NCBI GenBank assembly: GCA_965248435.1 | Contig: OZ252100.1 | Coordinates: forward strand, 352,001 to 416,000 | DNA length: 64,000 bases | Direction: 5' to 3' | From: Candidatus Latescibacterota bacterium | GTDB taxonomy: Bacteria > Latescibacterota > UBA2968 > GCA-2709665 | Part shown: one piece after another, positions 1 to 9,455 of the stretch | Numbering within the stretch: position 1 is the first letter of the stretch | How the letters are laid out: each line of letters starts with the position of its first letter | The notes under the pieces: generated by a model | What the model saw: only the letters and a program-made list of their open reading frames with translations | Databases searched by the model: none | What the model was told of the DNA's origin: nothing | Made by a program: the position numbers and the translations under genes

Positions 1-245
1 GCGATCCCTTTCCACCACCCATCCTCATCTCGCCCCCACCGAAAGAGCTGGCCCGATCCGAGCGTGTAGCCGAGGTGAAATCGCTCACCCCCGACTTCGC
101 CCTCGACGGGATCAGCGGACACCACCTCCTCGACCTCTCTCGGCGGTCCGGATCTCTGCCGACGACAGCCCTCGAGCGCATAACACACTTCGCAGACCTC
201 GAGCGTCTCATTGTATCGACCGAAGCAGCGTGGAACCTCGTCCAT
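1..245 (-). CDS. 8-oxoguanine DNA glycosylase (OGG1/AlkA-like), N-terminal part, runs off the window edge; has a Cys-rich N-terminal extension
   Basis: Hand translation from ATG at 245 (not in the ORF track): MDEVPRCFGRYNETLEVCEVCYALEGCRRQ...FHLGYTLGSGQLFRWGRDEDGWWKGI. 'L..TL.SGQ.FRW' is the OGG_N signature. Confidence 0.7.
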   Translation of the reverse strand, partial: MDEVPRCFGRYNETLEVCEVCYALEGCRRQRSGPPREVEEVVSADPVEGEVGGERFHLGYTLGSGQLFRWGRDEDGWWKGI

Positions 246-375
246 AGCAGGGATGATAAGCCATTCCCTCAGCCAGAGCAAGAAGGGGGTAGGTGATTTC
301 GTGTGGAACGATTATATTTGGTGTCGCGCTTTGTCGATCTGCGTTTGGATTTTGATTCCGTAGAGGAGTTTTCTG

Positions 376-1290
376 ATGGATCGCGAGGGACTGAAGGAGC
401 TGATGCAGGGCGTATCCGCTGCTGTCCCAACCCCGTTCGACAGCGACTACAAGCTGGACCTGGGGACCACCGCTGCGCTCGCCCAATGGTGGGTCGAACA
501 GGGGCTGGTCACCGGCACGGCGATGATCAAGGTCTGCTCGGCGTGGGGTCAGGGACCCGACCTGGGTGACGACGAATGGCCTCAACTGCTCAAGGCGACC
601 GTGGACGCGGGCGGTCCGGAGGCCAACGTGATGTGCGGTCTGAAATCCAAGGACACATTACACACGATTGAGGATGCAAAGATCGCGCAGGATCTGGGCG
701 CCAAACACCTCCAGATAGAGCTGCCCTACAACCACGCCCCCAAGCAGCACCAGTATGTCAAACACTTCTCAATGATCTCCGAGGCTATCGACATCGGCAT
801 CATGATCTACAATACCTACTGGTTTGGCTGCGAACCGATCACTGCAGAGACGATGTTGAAGCTGGAGGATGCAGAGCAGGTCGCGGCGCTCAAGTGGAAC
901 ACCCCGAATGACTATGACGAGATGAAGGAATTCTCACACATCTTCAACGTGATCGACAACGCGGGACAGCCAGTAAAGTGCCACAAGAACGGGGGGCGCG
1001 GGATCGTCAGTGCCACGGTTGGAGCCTACCCGGCGCACGACATCGAGGTCTGGAATCTGCTGGAGGCCGGCAAGTACGAGGAGGCCCAGGCGGAAAAGGA
1101 CAGAGTCGCGGACCAGATCGGGCCGGTACGTCAGAAGGTGGCCGAGAACGGCGGTGGGTATCGCCTGGTGAAGGGTATGATGGAGATCATCGGGCGCCCG
1201 GCGGGTCCGCCGCGACTTCCCACGGAACCCCTGAACGACGAAGAGATGGCAGAGCTCCGGGCCGCTATGGAAAGGATCGGCTGGGTATGA
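376..1290 (+). CDS. Dihydrodipicolinate synthase (DapA/NAL) family aldolase
   Basis: AVPTPFD N-terminus, IMIYN catalytic Tyr, AALKW Schiff-base Lys, GPPRLP C-terminus; GGAG RBS upstream. Confidence 0.85.
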   Translation: MDREGLKELMQGVSAAVPTPFDSDYKLDLGTTAALAQWWVEQGLVTGTAMIKVCSAWGQGPDLGDDEWPQLLKATVDAGGPEANVMCGLKSKDTLHTIEDAKIAQDLGAKHLQIELPYNHAPKQHQYVKHFSMISEAIDIGIMIYNTYWFGCEPITAETMLKLEDAEQVAALKWNTPNDYDEMKEFSHIFNVIDNAGQPVKCHKNGGRGIVSATVGAYPAHDIEVWNLLEAGKYEEAQAEKDRVADQIGPVRQKVAENGGGYRLVKGMMEIIGRPAGPPRLPTEPLNDEEMAELRAAMERIGWV

Positions 1291-1296
1291 AAGCAG

Positions 1297-1381
1297 ACCG
1301 CGGACGACAGACGACAGACGGCGGGATGAATCAGCTGATTTATCGGGTATCAAGCGGCCCGCTGTCGGCGGTCAGCGGTTG
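1297..1381. repeat. Intergenic inverted array of 7-mer repeats (GAC-type, e.g. CAGACGA/GGACGA ... CTGTCGG/CGGTCAG)
   Basis: accgcggacgacagacgacagacggcggg ... cccgctgtcggcggtcagcggt forms a hairpin; same style as 42571-42652. Confidence 0.65.
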
Positions 1382-1399
1382 TAGAGAGCGGTTCTCTAT

Positions 1400-2458
1400 A
1401 TGAACATGAAGGTAACCGAATCGACCGAACGAAAGCCTCGCCCGAAGGACAGCGAGCTGCGATTCGGCAAATACAAATCGGACCATATGTTCCTGATGGA
1501 TTACGCTGGCGGCTGGCGTGATGCGCGAATCGAGCCCTACCACGACCTGACGATCGACCCGACCGCGAAGGTGCTGCACTACAACCAGGAGGTCTTCGAG
1601 GGCATGAAGGCCTACCGCCAGGCGGACGGTGGAATCGCCCTGTTTCGGCCCGACATGAACATTCAGCGCATGAACCGGTCGGCGCGAAGGATGGTGATGC
1701 CGGAATTAGATCCCGATCTGTTTCTCAACGTGCTCAAGTCGCTCATTCGGTTGGACTGCGATTGGGTCCCGGATGCCGACGGTACGTCGCTCTACATCCG
1801 ACCGACCATGATCGCAACCGAATCGACCCTCGGTGTCAGCGTCTCGAATCAGTATCTGTTCTTCATCATCACCCTCCCGGTGGGCGCCTTCTACGCCGAG
1901 GGATTCAACCCAACCCGGATCTTCGTCGAGCAGAACCACGTCCGGGCGGTGAGCGGAGGTGTGGGAGAGGTCAAAACTTCGGGGAATTATTCGGCCACAC
2001 TCCTGGCCTCTCAAGAGGCGAAGCGAAAGGGGTATACACAGGTCCTCTGGCTGGATGCGAAGGAGCGCAAGTACGTCGAGGAGGTCGGCACGAGCAATAT
2101 CTTCTTTCTCCTGGACGACGAACTCGTGACGCCCCCGTTGGGAGGCACAATCCTTCCCGGCGTAACACGAGACTCCGTCATTCAGATCGCAAGAGACTGG
2201 GACCTCAAACTAACAGAACGACCGATTACCATCGAAGAAGTCGTGGAGGGATGCAGCAGCCTGCGCGTCAAGGAAGTGTTCACTACGGGGACCGCGACGG
2301 TCATCTCTCCAGTCGGCAGGCTCGCCTACAATGGTGCAGAGGTTCGAATCGCGGACGGTGAGACGGGTGAGCTGTCCACGAAGCTGTATGAAGAGATCAC
2401 CGGGATCCAGTACGGGCGGAAGGAAGATCGGTTCGGCTGGCGGGTGCGGGTCGCCTGA
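1400..2458 (+). CDS. ilvE: Branched-chain amino acid aminotransferase
   Basis: VLHYNQEVFEGMKAY, SLYIRP, KTSGNY (PLP Lys), EEVGTSNIF, ILPGVTRDS motifs. Confidence 0.95.
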   Translation: MNMKVTESTERKPRPKDSELRFGKYKSDHMFLMDYAGGWRDARIEPYHDLTIDPTAKVLHYNQEVFEGMKAYRQADGGIALFRPDMNIQRMNRSARRMVMPELDPDLFLNVLKSLIRLDCDWVPDADGTSLYIRPTMIATESTLGVSVSNQYLFFIITLPVGAFYAEGFNPTRIFVEQNHVRAVSGGVGEVKTSGNYSATLLASQEAKRKGYTQVLWLDAKERKYVEEVGTSNIFFLLDDELVTPPLGGTILPGVTRDSVIQIARDWDLKLTERPITIEEVVEGCSSLRVKEVFTTGTATVISPVGRLAYNGAEVRIADGETGELSTKLYEEITGIQYGRKEDRFGWRVRVA

Positions 2459-2518
2459 TGTAGATTGGTCCTGTCAGGCCCTGACTGGTGATGGATATTT
2501 TGCTGGGAGGCTGAACGA

Positions 2519-3151
2519 ATGGATGAAATCCTGCCCGGGCTGTTTCAATGGCGAATCGACTGGCCTGGCTACTACTGTCTGGATTCCTACATGCTAAGAA
2601 CTGAAGACGGAAGTATACTGATCGACCCTTGCGAGACAAAGGGTGCCGGGGCACCAGAGGACACCAAGGCGATCATCATCACCGTCGGTTGGCACGAACG
2701 GTCGGCCTCTTTGTTCGCGAAGCGGACCGGGGCCCCCGTCTTCGTACCGGCCAGAGATGTCTGCATGATCGAGGACCTGGAAAACTACGAGACCTACGGC
2801 GACGGTGACGACCTGCCCTGCGGCTTGAAGGCGATCGGCACGCCGGGTCTGACGCGCGGCGAGCAGGTGATCCTCTCCCCTGTTCACGGCGGGACGCTTT
2901 TCGTGGGTGACGCCATGGGCACGACAGGAAAATGGGCACCCGGTGAGATCACGCTCGGAGGTCACCCCAACGGGCATCCCCAACCCGCCGAAACCCTATC
3001 TCATCTGCTCGATTTCGAGTTCGAGAACCTGCTTCCCGGACACGGGGACGCACTGCTCGATGGAGCGAGGTCGCTCGTCAAGCAGGTGCTCGATTCGGGG
3101 GTGAGCACCTCTACCGGTCCCCCTGCCGTCACCTACTTCCCCCTGAAATAA
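2519..3151 (+). CDS. Metallo-beta-lactamase fold protein (atypical metal motif)
   Basis: ILIDP, LFVGDA, LLPGHG; the HxHxDH motif is replaced by GWHERS. Confidence 0.7.
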   Translation: MDEILPGLFQWRIDWPGYYCLDSYMLRTEDGSILIDPCETKGAGAPEDTKAIIITVGWHERSASLFAKRTGAPVFVPARDVCMIEDLENYETYGDGDDLPCGLKAIGTPGLTRGEQVILSPVHGGTLFVGDAMGTTGKWAPGEITLGGHPNGHPQPAETLSHLLDFEFENLLPGHGDALLDGARSLVKQVLDSGVSTSTGPPAVTYFPLK

Positions 3152-3232
3152 GAACAATCGCCCCCTCACCGACCGGTCCGTGCCGATGACCGGCAAACCA
3201 AATCAGGAACTGATCCCCGCAAGGTCTCAACG

Positions 3233-3790
3233 ATGAATACACCCCTGAAAGACAAGGTCGAGATCCTTCCGTATGACCCGGAATGGCCCGAGCGCTTTGA
3301 GCAGCTGGGTTCAGACCTGCGGGACGCCCTTGGAAACGTCGCGCTCCGCATCGACCACATCGGGTCCACCGCCATCCTGGACCTGGCCGCAAAGCCGATC
3401 ATAGACATCCAGATCTCCGTGGCCGCATTCGACCCTGCTGAGGCCTATCAGGCACCTCTCGAGAAACTGGACTACGTCCTACAAAGCGACAACGGGGACC
3501 GATCCAAACGTAATTTCAGAGAAGCTCCCGGGACACGACGGACACACATCCACGTGAAACGGGCCGGCAGCTGGTCGGAGCAGTCCTCGCTCCTGTTTCG
3601 CGACTATCTGAGATGCCACAAAGACCACGCATCCGCCTATGCCTCGGTGAAGCGGCAGCTCGCCGGGAAGTATGGCAGGAGCCGCATCGGCTACACCGAA
3701 GCGAGGACAGAGATCATCTGGGACATCATGAACCGCGCAGACCGGTGGTCTCAGTCGACAGGATGGGAACCCGGACCGTCGGACGCTTGA
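3233..3790 (+). CDS. GrpB family (nucleotidyltransferase-like) protein
   Basis: YDPEWP, IDHIGSTAI..LAAKPIIDI, LLFRDYLR, Y..VKR.LA motifs. Confidence 0.9.
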   Translation: MNTPLKDKVEILPYDPEWPERFEQLGSDLRDALGNVALRIDHIGSTAILDLAAKPIIDIQISVAAFDPAEAYQAPLEKLDYVLQSDNGDRSKRNFREAPGTRRTHIHVKRAGSWSEQSSLLFRDYLRCHKDHASAYASVKRQLAGKYGRSRIGYTEARTEIIWDIMNRADRWSQSTGWEPGPSDA

Positions 3791-3836
3791 ATGCTCGAAG
3801 ACTTATCATCCACCACCCCAAAAAGGAGGATTAGTC

Positions 3837-4274
3837 ATGTCCTTTAGAGTAAAGCTCACCTGTGCAGCCGCTGCAGCCACGCTGGCGATCGCCTGGCTGT
3901 GGCTGCCACAACTCAGCCCGCAGGACGCCTGGGCCGATCAAGGCGCGGCAACGACGCAGTACCTCGTCAAGGGATCCGGGGGTCCGGGGCCGGGAAGCCC
4001 CGAGGAGGCCGTTCAGCTGCTCGAAGGTTTCATCATGCCAACCCTGAATCAGCTCGCGGGGAGCAAGAAGGTCCTGGGGGGCGGCCTTCCGGTAGGGGCT
4101 CGAGCGGTCATGTTCATCATGGAGGCAGCGTCCAATGACGAAGCCGACAAGTTCGTGCGGGGCCTTCCTGCCTGGCATCTGCTGAAATGGAAGGTGATTC
4201 CGCTGCAAAGCTTCAGCGGAAGGGCCGCGATGGAAATGGGCGTGGTTAAGCAGATGAAGGCTGATATGAAGTAG
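3837..4274 (+). CDS. Putative exported small protein, muconolactone isomerase/YciI-like dimeric alpha+beta barrel
   Basis: Signal-like N-terminus; 'FIMEAASNDEADKFVRGLPAW..LKWKVIPL' resembles the MIase-like family; strong AGGAGG RBS. Confidence 0.55.
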   Translation: MSFRVKLTCAAAAATLAIAWLWLPQLSPQDAWADQGAATTQYLVKGSGGPGPGSPEEAVQLLEGFIMPTLNQLAGSKKVLGGGLPVGARAVMFIMEAASNDEADKFVRGLPAWHLLKWKVIPLQSFSGRAAMEMGVVKQMKADMK

Positions 4275-4299
4275 CCTGTGCCTCGCCTGCATCCGACGC

Positions 4300-7173
4300 C
4301 TATTTTCCAAACTCGAGCGCAAACAGAACTAAATCGCCGAATCCGATCACCGAGTTGCCGTCCATGTCGAAGATCGGATCGAACCCCAGCATGTCCGAGG
4401 TCAGCCCGAAGGCCAGGGCGAACATCACAAAATCTGAAAAATCGACGGTGTCGTCTCCGTTGAAATTCCCCGCCCTGATATCCCCCCGGTCCGGCGACTC
4501 CGACAGCACCTCGATCAGCAGGTTGCCTCCAGGATGAATCTTGAACTTGAGCCTCGCCTGGGTCTCCCGTGATCCTACCGCGCCGGGCACATCGGCCCTG
4601 ACCGTCATGAACCCGGACAGAATGTAAGTTCCAGGGGCAGAGGGCAGCGGGAAGGTCTCCTCCACGGCGAGGGAATCCCCTGGAATCAGTTCCTGCTCCC
4701 ACAAGGCTGCGGTGAACTTGAACCGACTCGACCATCGCCACACCTCCCCAATCTCGTCCCCAAGAACAAATTCGTACTCCTGTCCTGAGCGGTGCATAAA
4801 CAGCAACGGATCCTTCGTCAGGTTTTTAACGCGGTATTGGATTCGTCCCACATCTGTGTCAAACTCAACTTCCAGCGATGCGTCCACCCTTCCCGTCTGA
4901 GGTGAGCCTGGAAACGGTTCAGGCTGCGGCAACGGAGGAAAGGTATCGTCGATCTTTCCGTCCAGGTCCACGACGAATCTGGTCCAGGCCTCTGTTTCCG
5001 TCTGGTGCACCGCTCCGGAATCTCCCTGTGTCACCGTCATGAAGCCCTTCAACGCGTAACCGCCTTCCACGTCCGCTCCGATGTCCGATAGATGGATCGT
5101 CTCCCGGAAAGCGAAGGTGTCGCTCGGCGCGAGCGTCATCTCTCCGGTCGCCTGGTCGAACAGGAAGCGCGAAGACCACCGCCACAGCCTCCCCTTAGGT
5201 CCGTCAAGCACCAGGTCGTATCGCTGTCCGGACGGGAACATCAGGTTGACCGGATCGGAAGATGTATTGATCAATCGGTAAGAGACGCGCACCGAATCCT
5301 CAGGTTTGTAGACCTGGCGGTCGACCTTCAGATCGGCCTGCAGCCGATCGGGCGAACCGGGTCCGGGAACGACAATGTCGCCGTCCACCGAGAACTTCAC
5401 GGACCCTTCGGTCTCTTCCCGCGAGACAGCACCGTCCGCGTCCGGACTGACGGCCAGGAATCCTGTCAGGAGATAGGTTTCTCCCGGTATCGCCCAACCC
5501 TCCCAGAGCGGCAACGACGCCTTGAACTCGAACGACTCCCCGGGCGCCAGTTCCCGGTCGCTCAGCACCTGGATGAACAGCTTGCCGTCCGACCACTGCC
5601 AGACCTTCCCTCCGGGCCCGTCCAGCACAAGGTCGAACTCCTGTCCCGAACGGAACTGCAGCGTTTGCGCCTGGTCCGTCAGGTTGGTCAGCCGGTAGCG
5701 CACGCTCACCGAATCTCCGACCGGGTAGGTCTCCTTCTCCGTCGCCATCTCCACGCGAAACCGTTCGTGATCGATCGTATGGGTGTTGATAAACTCACCT
5801 TCGGCGACCGGCTTCAGCTCCACTTCCACGCGATTGTCACCCGCATCCAGACTGACCGGCAGGGTTGCAGAATGATATCCGCGTCTGCTCGCGGTGAGCA
5901 GATACTCGCCCGGAATCAGGCCACTGAGCGTAAACCGCCCTGTCGGATCGGTCCACCCGACCGAAGCAGAAGCGATCGAAATCGTCTCCGCATCCGGCTG
6001 CGATTGCAGCTGCACGAGCACACTCTCCAGAAGGGTGCCGTCATCTGCTCGCACCTCTCCGTCGAGTCGCGCCCGGTCCGGCTGGCCAAGGACCGTCAGG
6101 GTCACCGCCACCTCGGTATCGATCGCGTCGACTGTCTCGCCTTCAAACGCACGAGTCGGCAGGAAGCCGGTCAGCGTGTAGGTCCCCTCGGCAACCGTCA
6201 CCGCCTGAAGGTCCAGCACCTCCTCGAACGCTCCAGACTCCCCTATCTTCAGGTCGAACTGCGTGAGCGCGTCCCCGAAGCCCCGCGTCTCAGACCATGT
6301 CCAGACCCGCTGCCCTTCCGAGTTGTCGAGCGTGAATTCGATCTGCTGTGTGGAAGTGAACTGGAAGGTGGCGTCATCCCGCTCCACCGAGGTCACCTGG
6401 TAGTGGAGGTGAACGATGTCGCCCTGAACGTAGACTGAGGTATCCGAGGCCACTTCGTAGCGAATCCCGTCGCTCTCGATCACGGACCGGTTCCCGAACG
6501 CCTCGCCCGGGATCACCGGGAACGGCCCCGGGCGCGGGTCGACCGACCCGCCCGACGTGGAGTCCGACGGCGATCCGCCCGGGGTCTGTCCCGAACCCCC
6601 GAGGAACGCGAGCTCGAACGCCTGCGGACCGGCGATGTTCTGCTCGACCCATTTCACCACGCCTACATCCGGCGCGAACCAGATTCCCGTCAACCCCGCG
6701 TCGGCCAGCTGAGGGTCCGGGTCCAGCGCCAGATGGATGCAGTCTTTGAACGTCCCGAGGGGCACCTCGACCTCTGCCGTCCGGCTCTGGAACGTCATCA
6801 CCGTGCCACCCAGCAGGTTCTCGTCCTCGGTCTTGGGGATCGTCCAGGAGGTGCCCACCTCGGCCCCGAGATCGAACAGCAGGCGCCAGGTTCCCTCTCG
6901 CAATTCCATCACCTTCATATCCGCGTCCTGTCGGACCGTTCTCTTCCCCTCTATCCCGTCCCAGACGTAAGCCGGACCTTCGCTCGTCTCGACGACCTCC
7001 GAAATGCTCACCAGACGGGCGATCTCGAGCGGATTTCCTCCGTAGGTCCACGTCGCACCTTCGAGCGGAAAGTAGTCCACACCTTCCGCGATCTGGGTCG
7101 CGCTGAACACAAAAACGACCGCCGCAACCCACGCGCCGGTCCGTGTGCCCACGAAACTGCAATACATGCTCAT
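4300..7173 (-). CDS. Large secreted multidomain protein: four BsuPI-like (proteinase inhibitor) Ig repeats, a carboxypeptidase-regulatory-like domain, and a C-terminal double EF-hand/dockerin-like module
   Basis: Four copies of 'Y.(L/V).N...L.F.SGQ.(F/Y)D..L....(V/L)W.WS....F.......L.PG(E/D)'; 'TDPTGRFTLSGLIPGEYLLTASRRGY'; C-terminal GNFNGDDTVDFSDF...FDMDGNSVIGFGDL; hydrophobic signal peptide. Confidence 0.75.
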   Translation of the reverse strand: MSMYCSFVGTRTGAWVAAVVFVFSATQIAEGVDYFPLEGATWTYGGNPLEIARLVSISEVVETSEGPAYVWDGIEGKRTVRQDADMKVMELREGTWRLLFDLGAEVGTSWTIPKTEDENLLGGTVMTFQSRTAEVEVPLGTFKDCIHLALDPDPQLADAGLTGIWFAPDVGVVKWVEQNIAGPQAFELAFLGGSGQTPGGSPSDSTSGGSVDPRPGPFPVIPGEAFGNRSVIESDGIRYEVASDTSVYVQGDIVHLHYQVTSVERDDATFQFTSTQQIEFTLDNSEGQRVWTWSETRGFGDALTQFDLKIGESGAFEEVLDLQAVTVAEGTYTLTGFLPTRAFEGETVDAIDTEVAVTLTVLGQPDRARLDGEVRADDGTLLESVLVQLQSQPDAETISIASASVGWTDPTGRFTLSGLIPGEYLLTASRRGYHSATLPVSLDAGDNRVEVELKPVAEGEFINTHTIDHERFRVEMATEKETYPVGDSVSVRYRLTNLTDQAQTLQFRSGQEFDLVLDGPGGKVWQWSDGKLFIQVLSDRELAPGESFEFKASLPLWEGWAIPGETYLLTGFLAVSPDADGAVSREETEGSVKFSVDGDIVVPGPGSPDRLQADLKVDRQVYKPEDSVRVSYRLINTSSDPVNLMFPSGQRYDLVLDGPKGRLWRWSSRFLFDQATGEMTLAPSDTFAFRETIHLSDIGADVEGGYALKGFMTVTQGDSGAVHQTETEAWTRFVVDLDGKIDDTFPPLPQPEPFPGSPQTGRVDASLEVEFDTDVGRIQYRVKNLTKDPLLFMHRSGQEYEFVLGDEIGEVWRWSSRFKFTAALWEQELIPGDSLAVEETFPLPSAPGTYILSGFMTVRADVPGAVGSRETQARLKFKIHPGGNLLIEVLSESPDRGDIRAGNFNGDDTVDFSDFVMFALAFGLTSDMLGFDPIFDMDGNSVIGFGDLVLFALEFGK

Positions 7174-7223
7174 TTCGGCACCTTCTTGTTGCTATTGTGA
7201 GGAATAGTAATCCTCCTTGTCTT

Positions 7224-7251
7224 TTGGACTCTCCTCGCGTCAGGCGGTTCC
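7224..7251 (-). promoter_or_regulatory. Putative ECF (sigmaE-type) promoter of the BsuPI-repeat gene
   Basis: Minus strand reads GGAACC-N16-GTCCAA, about 50 nt upstream of the ATG. Confidence 0.45.
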
Positions 7252-7486
7252 CTTCATGTTGTCACAGAGATGGAGCTTCTGTTGTATCGAAAATTCCTTG
7301 ACAAGAGCATATGGGCGACCAACATTGTGATGAATCGCTTGGCGGCGCCTGGGACTTTGCAGCTCCCATTAAGGGAGGGAGCGCCGCGTATTCATGGAAT
7401 TCGAAAACCCGGATGGCATCCCTCTCAGGGACTGTTTCCGGGTTTTGCTGTTTTTCGAAGGATGCCCGGTTTGCGAGCAAACAGAA

Positions 7487-8023
7487 ATGCGATATGATAC
7501 AGGGAGGGCACGCGTGCTCGTGTACTCAGCTGACCTCCCGGCCCGGGGGAGATCGGCACTCACCCCCGGCGCGGAAATACGCATCACGGCGCCGTCTGTT
7601 TTCGAAAGACAGATCGTCGGGCCTCTGATATCGCTGGACGCCGACACCCTGGTGGTGAAATCACTGCTAGAATTCTCGCCCTTGTCGATTCCTCTCGACG
7701 CAGTGAAGAGACTCGAGATAAAGCGTCGAAAAAGCGCGTTTCCAAGCGTGGTGAAGGGCGCCGGAATCGGCTTCCTTGGGGGCGGGGTTCTCGGCCATCT
7801 TTACGATCGCGCAGGGCATCCGGGACTGCCACATATCGACCCCGAGGTCCCTCCTCTGTTCGAATACACGCCTTTTCTGATCATGGCCGGCACCGTCGTC
7901 GGTGCGGTTATCTGGGTTGGTCGCCGCGGCCACCGATGGGAACGCGTTCCCCTTCCACTGCGTGTAGGAATCCATTCTCCGGCATACTCGGGACCTAGGC
8001 TGTCCGCTTCGTTCGCTTTCTGA
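7487..8023 (+). CDS. Hypothetical membrane or exported protein with glycine-zipper-like helices
   Basis: 'GAGIGFLGGGVLG' and 'AGTVVGAVI' helices; start uncertain (7394 or 7487). Confidence 0.55.
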   Translation: MRYDTGRARVLVYSADLPARGRSALTPGAEIRITAPSVFERQIVGPLISLDADTLVVKSLLEFSPLSIPLDAVKRLEIKRRKSAFPSVVKGAGIGFLGGGVLGHLYDRAGHPGLPHIDPEVPPLFEYTPFLIMAGTVVGAVIWVGRRGHRWERVPLPLRVGIHSPAYSGPRLSASFAF

Positions 8024-8047
8024 CCATTCTGACAAACAGGAGGCTGT

Positions 8048-8801
8048 ATGCATCAAATCCAATGCGCTGAGATCTGGGGTGGCATTCGCAACGAACAACA
8101 GGAGGCCTGCTCTTCAGGCATCGTTGCCTCGCTATATTCTTCAGCCAGCGATGGCGGAAAAGGTGGCGACGTCTACTACCAGTGTGTGCGCGTCGGATGC
8201 GCTGACACGCATCGCGATCGCGGACGTGATGGGGCACGGCGAGGCCGTCTCCGAGGTCAGTCAGTTCATCTACGATGCGCTGGGGGCGCACATGAACGAT
8301 GCCTCTGGAGATGAGCTGCTGAAGGAGGTGAATGCGATCGCCGCGGAAAGAGGCATCCAGGCCATGACCACCGCGGCCGTCGTCGCCTTCTTCAAGGAGA
8401 ACAACCATCTTTTTTACGCATACGCCGGCCACTATCCGGTCCTGGTAAAGCGGAAGGGCGGCAGCAACTGGTCCGAGGCGAAGTTGGACGGGCCTGGGGC
8501 AGCAGAACCCACGGCCGGTAAGAACCTGCCCCTGGCCGTGATGTCCGATACTGTCTATACTCAAGACAGCATGCCGCTTGCTTCAGGCGACCGCCTCTTT
8601 CTGTATACGGACGGTGTGATCGAGGCCTTCGATCCAGAGGGTGAATTGTTCGGTAAGGAGCGCCTCAAAGAGGTGCTGGAGGAGCGCGGTGACGCACCGC
8701 TTCCGGAACTCAGTTCATCCATCCTGGATGCGCTGCGAAAGCACACGGGCGGCGAACTGGACCACGACGATGTCACATTCATTGCACTAGAGATTCGCTG
8801 A
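8048..8801 (+). pseudogene. PP2C/SpoIIE-family Ser/Thr phosphatase with a frameshift at about 8180
   Basis: Frame 1 from ATG 8048 (GGAGG RBS) gives ...GGKGGDVYY; frame 2 continues SVCASDALTRIAIADVMGHG...AGH...LFLYTDGVIE...FG...HDDVT. The GGD.Y and IADV.GHG motifs are split across frames. Confidence 0.8.
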
Positions 8802-8848
8802 GGTTTCTGACCCGGACTTGCCGGGCAATTCAAAAGGGGAGGCACCAG

Positions 8849-9259
8849 ATGTTAAAGCGAGCCATACTGGCTGTTGTTGTGATTTTCGTCGTCGTGTCGA
8901 TTCTGGACTTCATCATTCACGAAAAGCTGCTTCGGACCACCTACGAGCAGACGCCTCAGCTATGGCGACCCATGGAAGAGTTCAACATGCCGCTGATGTC
9001 TCTTACTACGGTCGTGTTTATTGCCTGCTTCGTGACGATCTATGCAACGATGATTCCCGATAAATCGATCGCGGCAGGCATCAAGCTTGGCGTCCTGATC
9101 GGCGTTGCCTCAGGCTTTTCCATGGGGTTGGGTTCCTATTCCTACATGCCGATCTCTTTGGGACTGGCCTGGAGCTGGTTTATAGCGATGGTGTTCGAGG
9201 TGGGTGTCGCCGGGGCAATCATGGGGGCGATTCTGAAACCTGCAGAAGAAACGGTCTGA
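8849..9259 (+). CDS. Four-TM membrane protein (DUF1761-like)
   Basis: Four hydrophobic segments; GGAGG RBS. Confidence 0.65.
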   Translation: MLKRAILAVVVIFVVVSILDFIIHEKLLRTTYEQTPQLWRPMEEFNMPLMSLTTVVFIACFVTIYATMIPDKSIAAGIKLGVLIGVASGFSMGLGSYSYMPISLGLAWSWFIAMVFEVGVAGAIMGAILKPAEETV

Positions 9260-9267
9260 TATTTACC

Positions 9268-9292
9268 GTAGGGGCACGGCGCGCCGTGCCCT
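9268..9292 (+). repeat. GTAG-type REP palindrome
   Basis: GTAG followed by the perfect palindrome GGGCACGGC-GC-GCCGTGCCC. Confidence 0.7.
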
Positions 9293-9455
9293 CGCACGTG
9301 AGGAATCCTCGCCTGCGCTGCAGAGCGCCGACTTGGAGGAATCTCCTGATCGACTCGGTGCGTGGAAATGAATTTCGCAGATTTCGTGAGCTAGGCCGTA
9401 TTTGGTCGCGAAGCTTAACTCCAGAGCATTACACTCATACAGGAGATGGAGCAGA

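Noticed and set aside
5092-6438. 448-aa plus-strand ORF
   Set aside because: Antisense shadow of the BsuPI-repeat gene in GC-rich DNA; Arg-rich with no motifs.
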